Assembly (NCBI GenBank): GCA_965223505.1
Contig: CBDCWP010000013.1
Coordinates: forward strand, 192,001 to 256,000
From: Planctomycetota bacterium
Lineage (GTDB): Bacteria > Planctomycetota > PLA2 > JAEUHO01
Length of the DNA stretch: 64,000 bases
Direction of reading: 5' to 3'
In this document: positions 58,778 to 64,000 of the stretch, in pieces
Layout of the letters: each line of letters starts with the position of its first letter
How positions within the stretch are numbered: the first letter of the stretch is position 1
Program-made: the position numbers and the translations under genes
Notes under the pieces: generated by a model
What the model was told of the DNA's origin: nothing
Database searches by the model: none
Seen by the model: only the letters and a program-made list of their open reading frames with translations

Positions 58778-59824
58778 ATGAGCACGGAGCCAGTGGTCTT
58801 GCCGAGTCTGACGTCTGGGCTGGACGACGCCTGGCTGACCCAAACCGTCGAGGACATTCTCGAACCGGAGCTGCCGATTTGCGACCCGCATCACCACCTT
58901 TGGGATCGCGGCGGGCATCGCTACTTGCTGCCAGAATTTCTAGCCGACGCCAACAGCGGCCATCGCATTGTGAGCACGGTGTTCCTGGAGTGCGGCTCCT
59001 TCTACCGCGCCGCTGGCCCCGAGGCGATGCGATCGGTGGGCGAAGCGGAATTCGTCAAGGGCGTCGCGGCCATGAGCGCCAGCGGCCACTACGGCCCGAC
59101 GCGGGTGGCGGCGGCCTTTGCCGGCTTTGCCGAGCTCACTCTCGGAACGCGCGCCGAGGCGGTGTTGACGGCGTTAATCGCGGCCGGCGGCGGGCGCTTT
59201 CGCGGCGTGCGGCATTCCGCAGCGCGCGATGAGGGGTTTGTCATCGGCAGCAGTCATGGCCGGCCGCCGGCCGGGCTCTATCGCGACGCCGCATTCCGGC
59301 AGGGCTTTGCCTGCCTGGGCAAGTTGGGCCTGAGCTTTGACGCCTGGGTCTACTACCCGCAAATTCCTGACGTCATCGATCTAGCCCGCAGCTTTCCCGA
59401 GCAACCGATCGTGCTCAACCATGTTGGCGGCCCCATTGGCGTCGGACCCTACGCCGGCCGACGCGAGGCCGAGTTTCCCACCTGGATGCGCGCCATCCGC
59501 GAGTTGGCCGCCTGCAGCAACGTGTTCATGAAGCTCGGCGCCCTCAGTTCCAAGCGCGCTGGCTTTGGCTGGCATGAACGGCCCCAACCGCCGTCGTCCG
59601 AAGAACTCGCCAGCGCTTGGCGCCCGTATATTGAGACGTGTATCGAGGCGTTTGGCGTTTCGCGCTGCATGTTCGAGAGCAATTTTCCGGTGGATAAGGT
59701 CTCGTGCAGTTACGCAGTGCTGTGGAACGCCTTTAAGCGCATTGCCGCCGGCAGTTCGGCGGCGGAAAAGGCGGCGCTGTTCCGGGATACGGCCGAGCGT
59801 TTTTACAAGGTCGAACCGTCTTAG
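58778..59824 (+). CDS. Amidohydrolase family protein (amidohydro_2)
   Basis: DPHHHLW, GVRH, VLNHVG, MFESNFPVD. Confidence 0.9.
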   Translation: MSTEPVVLPSLTSGLDDAWLTQTVEDILEPELPICDPHHHLWDRGGHRYLLPEFLADANSGHRIVSTVFLECGSFYRAAGPEAMRSVGEAEFVKGVAAMSASGHYGPTRVAAAFAGFAELTLGTRAEAVLTALIAAGGGRFRGVRHSAARDEGFVIGSSHGRPPAGLYRDAAFRQGFACLGKLGLSFDAWVYYPQIPDVIDLARSFPEQPIVLNHVGGPIGVGPYAGRREAEFPTWMRAIRELAACSNVFMKLGALSSKRAGFGWHERPQPPSSEELASAWRPYIETCIEAFGVSRCMFESNFPVDKVSCSYAVLWNAFKRIAAGSSAAEKAALFRDTAERFYKVEPS

Positions 59825-59881
59825 TGTAAAATAAGTGGAGAACAAACAAAAGATTTATGGCAGCCCTTGGAGTCATTGGTT

Positions 59882-60202
59882 ATGTCTGAAACGGCAGTGG
59901 AATACGTCCAGCAAAACGCAGATGGGACTTGGCGGGTGATGGACAGCCGCGTGTCCTTAGACTCTGTGGTTTATGCCTATTGGGAGGGCAAAAGCCCAGA
60001 GGCAATCGCCGAGGAGTTCCCAACGCTCAGCGCCGAATTTGTGTACGGCGCCATTGCCTTTTATTTGCGTCGCAAAAGCGACATTGATGCCTATCTGGCG
60101 CAGCAGTCGAATCGTTGGGAACAACTGCGTCAAATGAGTGAGTCGCAACACGGGCCTTTGTTGGATCGCTTGCGAGCTGGACGAAGGACAAATTCCGAGT
60201 AG
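59882..60202 (+). CDS. DUF433-family antitoxin
   Basis: SRVSLDSVV...G.SPEAIAEEFPTL...VYGAIAFY. Confidence 0.85.
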   Translation: MSETAVEYVQQNADGTWRVMDSRVSLDSVVYAYWEGKSPEAIAEEFPTLSAEFVYGAIAFYLRRKSDIDAYLAQQSNRWEQLRQMSESQHGPLLDRLRAGRRTNSE

Positions 60203-60213
60203 GACAGCTCGCC

Positions 60214-60390
60214 ATGAGCCAGCCCCGATTTCTCGCTGATGAAGACCTACGCGGCAGTATTATCCAGGCGGTGCGTCGCCTGGCGCCAGATGCGGAAATC
60301 ACCACGGTCGTAGCTCAAGGATTAGCTTCGACCTCTGATGAAAAGGTTCTAGCCTACGCATGGGAAAACCATTGGCTGCTAATGTCTCGC
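60214..60390 (+). pseudogene. DUF5615/PIN-like toxin, 3'-truncated
   Basis: RFLADEDL...SDEKVLAYAWE..WLLMS, then the sequence becomes antisense putA. Confidence 0.75.
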
Positions 60391-61325
60391 TGTCGTAGAC
60401 CTCGGCTTCCAAAATGGCCAGACTAGCGGCCGAGCACTTTTGCCCGTTGTGGCCAAAGGCCGAGCGCACCAGGTCTTTGATGGCCTGATCCCGGTCCGCC
60501 ATGCTGGTGATGATCAGGCTGTTTTTGCCGCTGGTTTCGGCAAATAAGCGCATGCCGGGACGCCAGTTTTGAAAGAGGTGCGCAGTCTGAATACTGCCGG
60601 TGAGCACCACGGCGTCCACCCTGGCGTCGGTGACGAGCGCCCGGCCAACATCGTCATCCGGGGCCGGGACGAATTGCAAGATGTCCTGGGGCGCGCCTGC
60701 AGCCCAAAACGCCTGCGCCAGATGCCAGGCGACTAACACGGCTTCGGGCGCCGGCTTGAGAATCACGGCGTTGCCAGCCATCAGGGCGGCCAGCACGCCG
60801 CCGGCCGGAATAGCGAGGGGAAAGTTCCAGGGCGGCGCCACCACCACCACGCCCAGCGGCGTCATCTCGCAGTCCGACACCTCCGCGCCGAGAACCTCGA
60901 TGTCCAGCGCGCGGGCGTAATAAGCGGCAAAGTCGATGGCTCCGGACACTTCCGGGTCAGCTTCGCCCACGCTTTTGGCGCTGTCGAGCAACATGGCGCC
61001 AATGACGTCGCCGCGCCGCCTCGACAACTCCGCGGCCACATCGAGCAAGATAGCGCGGCGCGCCGTAGCGCTGCAGCAAATGGCGCAGTTGATCAGCAAT
61101 GCGCCCAGCGCGATGGCTGCGAAACACTTGATCCACGAGCGCAATGGTCAGTTCCTTGCCCACGGGGTCGCCCATCAGGCGGGCGAACGTGCGCCCCTGC
61201 CGCCGTTCGCTGGCGCGCTGTTGCGCTTGTGCTTGCCGCAGCAGTGCGCCAGCCAGCCCAATGGCTTCTTGGGCCAACATATCCTGATCTGGTAAACGTT
61301 GGGTTTAGGTGGGTTGATGGGCCAT
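60385..61325 (-). pseudogene. putA: Collapsed putA remnant (PRODH N-terminus joined to a P5C-dehydrogenase fragment)
   Basis: AAGGAG RBS and ATG 61325 with an in-frame TAA; LMGDPVGKELTIALVDQVFR, then PPWNFPLAIP, LTGS, AETSGKN, SAFGHNGQKCSA in another frame. Confidence 0.8.
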
Positions 61326-61418
61326 GTCGCGACTCCTTGTAGACCCAGATGCGACGCCGACCTTTTAAATCATAGCCGGAATCACGCAGGGGTGTTAGGA
61401 GTCGCGTCCGAGATAACG

Positions 61419-63524
61419 TCAGGAATCCTTGCGGCGCAAGACGCGCTGCAGCGTGTCCGCCATGTCCTGAACATCCCAGGGCTTATCGAGAAAGGCGTCA
61501 ATGCCTAGGGTTTCTGCTCTTTCCGCATCGACCAGATGGCTAAACCCAGTCACCAAAATAATCGGCAGGTCAGGGCGGATGCCGTGAAGAATCCGGGCGA
61601 GTTCCTCTCCAGTCATAAAAGGCATTGTCTGATCCGTGATGACCAGATCAAACTGTTGCGGGTCGGCCCGAAAAGCATCCAGAGCGCTGCTGCTCGACAG
61701 GTGTGTCACCACTTCGTAGCCAAGCTCTGTGAGCTGCATCCCGGTGGCTATCGCCACCGGTTCTTCATCTTCAACGAGCATAATGCGTTCGCCCCCGCCA
61801 GGGACAACGCTCGACGGCTTGGCGAGTGCGGGCGCCGGCGGCGCTTCGTTGACGGCGCGTGGCAGGTAGACGCTAAACGTCGTTCCGGCGCCGGAGCTGT
61901 CAACCGTGATGGCGCCCTGATAGCTCGCGACGATGCCGTGCACAATCGCCAGGCCCAATCCCGATCCCTCGCCAGCCGCCTTTGTCGTGTAGTAGGGTTC
62001 AAAGATGTGCGGTAAGACCTCTGGCGAAATGCCCGGCCCGGTATCTTCAACCGTCAGCCGAAGGTGCGGACCCGGCTCAAGCGAGGGATGTTGACCGGCA
62101 AAGGCCGCATTGACCTCAGTGACGTCCAAGCCAATGCGCAGAAGGCCGCCATATCGCCGCATGGCGTGCTCGGCATTGGCGCACAAATTCATCAGCACCT
62201 GATGGAGGTGGTCCGCCTGCGCCAGCACCATACCGACGCCAGGGTCGAGTCGGTGTTCAATAGAGATGGTCGCCGGCAGCGTGGCTCGCATTAGGCTCAT
62301 GGCCTCTAGCGCCACGTCGTAAATCGACACCAATTGGCGTTCCACCTGATTCTGCCGGGAGAAGGTGAGGATGTGTTGCACCAACTCTTTGGCCCGCAGC
62401 GCCGCGGCGCGAACTTCTTTGAGATGGCTCTGCACCGGGTTGCCGTCGTCGAGGGCGCCCGCCGTCATATGCGTATAGCCCATGATCGCCGTTAAAATAT
62501 TGTTGAAATCATGGGCAATACCACCGGCCAGGGCGCCGAGCGCCTCCATTTTTTGGGTTTGGCGCAGGCGGACTTCAATTTGCCGCTGTTCGCTGATGTC
62601 CCGAAAGACGATGACGGCTCCCTGCGGCGGGCCGACGGGGGGCAAAATGGTGGCGGCGCACGCCGCGACAATGCGCGTCTCGTCACCGCGGGCGGTTAAG
62701 ATCATATACATCGACGAGCCGTCCGTCCCCTGGGATTGGAAGACCTGACGCGCCAGGTCGCCGGCAGGCTGACCGGTGCGCTCGTCGTCCAGACCCCATA
62801 CCGTATCGAGGGCGCGCCCCAAAGCCGCTGAGACGGGCCAGCCAGTGAAGTCGACCGCGGCGCGATTGAGGAAGGTGATCCTGCCATACGTGTCCGTCGT
62901 AATCAGACCATCGCCCATACTTGACAGCGTCACATCGAGCCAATCGCGCTGGGCGCGCAACGCCTCGGCCTGGTGCCGGGCGCTGACGTCACTGAGCACC
63001 AGCCGGCACAGCTCGCCCGCCTGCGGCCCCGTGGTCATGACGTGAGCCTGGAATTGCGCCACCCAGGGCGTCCCCCCGGATCGTTGGATGCGGAATTCCT
63101 CTTCTCGCTGTTCTGAGCGAAAAAGCCGCCGCATAAAGACAAAGAAAGCGTCACGATCCTCGACCGCGATAACATCGCTGATTCTTAACCCGGCGATGCC
63201 ATAAGTCTCCCCGACGAGTAAGAGCCGGGCGGAACGATTCGCTTCGCGAATGACGCCCTGTTGATCGACCGTCAGGCAACCCACTGGGACGGAGTCGTAG
63301 AGTTCCGCAAAACGATCGCGTTCGGCTTCAGCTTCCTGTTGGGCGCGGCGCAATTCCTCATTTTGGAGTTGCAACTCTTCCTGATGGACACGCAACTCGT
63401 GGAGGAGTTCCCGTATCGCTGCTGGTGATAAGTGATCCACAGCCTCATCATCGTAACGAGTCAGGGTGCGCTCTGCCTGTTCGCGCAAGCCGGCAAAGCG
63501 TGGATCGTGAGAGTAATTCGCCAT
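61419..63524 (-). CDS. Hybrid PAS-PAS histidine kinase with C-terminal receiver
   Basis: ELRVHQEELQLQNEEL coiled coil, GGIAHDFNNIL, NLCANA, DTGPG, GSGLGL, DLVITDQTMP. Confidence 0.94.
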   Translation of the reverse strand: MANYSHDPRFAGLREQAERTLTRYDDEAVDHLSPAAIRELLHELRVHQEELQLQNEELRRAQQEAEAERDRFAELYDSVPVGCLTVDQQGVIREANRSARLLLVGETYGIAGLRISDVIAVEDRDAFFVFMRRLFRSEQREEEFRIQRSGGTPWVAQFQAHVMTTGPQAGELCRLVLSDVSARHQAEALRAQRDWLDVTLSSMGDGLITTDTYGRITFLNRAAVDFTGWPVSAALGRALDTVWGLDDERTGQPAGDLARQVFQSQGTDGSSMYMILTARGDETRIVAACAATILPPVGPPQGAVIVFRDISEQRQIEVRLRQTQKMEALGALAGGIAHDFNNILTAIMGYTHMTAGALDDGNPVQSHLKEVRAAALRAKELVQHILTFSRQNQVERQLVSIYDVALEAMSLMRATLPATISIEHRLDPGVGMVLAQADHLHQVLMNLCANAEHAMRRYGGLLRIGLDVTEVNAAFAGQHPSLEPGPHLRLTVEDTGPGISPEVLPHIFEPYYTTKAAGEGSGLGLAIVHGIVASYQGAITVDSSGAGTTFSVYLPRAVNEAPPAPALAKPSSVVPGGGERIMLVEDEEPVAIATGMQLTELGYEVVTHLSSSSALDAFRADPQQFDLVITDQTMPFMTGEELARILHGIRPDLPIILVTGFSHLVDAERAETLGIDAFLDKPWDVQDMADTLQRVLRRKDS

Positions 63525-63632
63525 TGCGTTCGCCTTCCTTGGGCAAAGAATATGTAGGGGACAAGTAACATGAGGGAAAAAGTAATGTTAGGGATTCGAG
63601 GACAGCAACGACTGTCCATCCGCAACTGCGTC

Positions 63633-64000
63633 CTAAGCGCGGAGGGGCGCTGCTCCGTTCTCTTGGCGCGGCTTGATCTCCGTGATAATGGCGATTAGCG
63701 CCTCAATCGTCCCATCGGGGCGGCGCGCCGGACTGAGAGACAAGCCGGCGCGGCACACCGCGCCGTCATGGCGCCGATAGCGTTGCTCCAGGGTGAGAGC
63801 GCCGAGTTCGCCGCAGCGCAACCTCTCGAGTTGCGCCAACATGGGCTGCAAGTCATCCGTGTGCGTGATGTCCTGAAGGGTCTTTTGGCGCAATGCCGAT
63901 CGCGTGTACCCGAACATGACGACCAAGGTGTTGTTGACTTGCAAGAAGCGGCCCTCCGGATCGATAACCCCCAGGCCATGCGCGGCATTCTGAAAGATGG
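63633..64000 (-). CDS. C-terminal PAS domain of a signalling protein (runs off the window)
   Basis: FLQVN...GY...DITHTDD...EQRYRRHDG PAS/PAC pattern. Confidence 0.75.
   Translation of the reverse strand, partial: IFQNAAHGLGVIDPEGRFLQVNNTLVVMFGYTRSALRQKTLQDITHTDDLQPMLAQLERLRCGELGALTLEQRYRRHDGAVCRAGLSLSPARRPDGTIEALIAIITEIKPRQENGAAPLRA

Noticed and set aside
1..64000. tRNA, rRNA, riboswitch, IS or prophage
   Set aside because: None recognised by eye; a covariance-model search (tRNAscan-SE, Rfam) would be needed to exclude small RNAs.

Overview
GC-rich bacterial chromosomal window, mostly metabolic and accessory genes. The mix of LLM monooxygenases, TauD, PuuE-like deacetylases, SDRs, an extra sigma-70 and many small TA modules is reminiscent of Ca. 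Tectomicrobia/Entotheonella-like genomes, but that is only an inference. No rRNA, tRNA, CRISPR array or transposase was recognised. Most interesting: (1) a putative sigma-54 four-gene operon (33024-37784, minus) encoding a NirB-like FAD/[2Fe-2S] protein whose siroheme domain is replaced by a predicted di-heme-b membrane domain, an 11-heme cytochrome c with a HAO-like C-terminal half, a DUF3365 mono-heme protein and a globin, which may form a cytoplasm-to-periplasm electron conduit for nitrogen-oxide chemistry; (2) a TerY/PP2C/kinase triad behind a sigma-54 promoter and an unannotated decayed lipoprotein gene, next to a sigma-54 activator; (3) about seven small toxin-antitoxin or toxin-immunity-like cassettes, including an ART-like/EF-Tu-domain-III-like pair and an RHH/2-TM/unknown cassette with a four-box palindromic operator; (4) the same A+B PuuE-like deacetylase pair present twice; (5) lesions: a 504-bp tandem duplication, a doubly frameshifted L,D-transpeptidase and a collapsed putA fused to a truncated PIN toxin. 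All family calls come from motif recognition by eye, not database searches.
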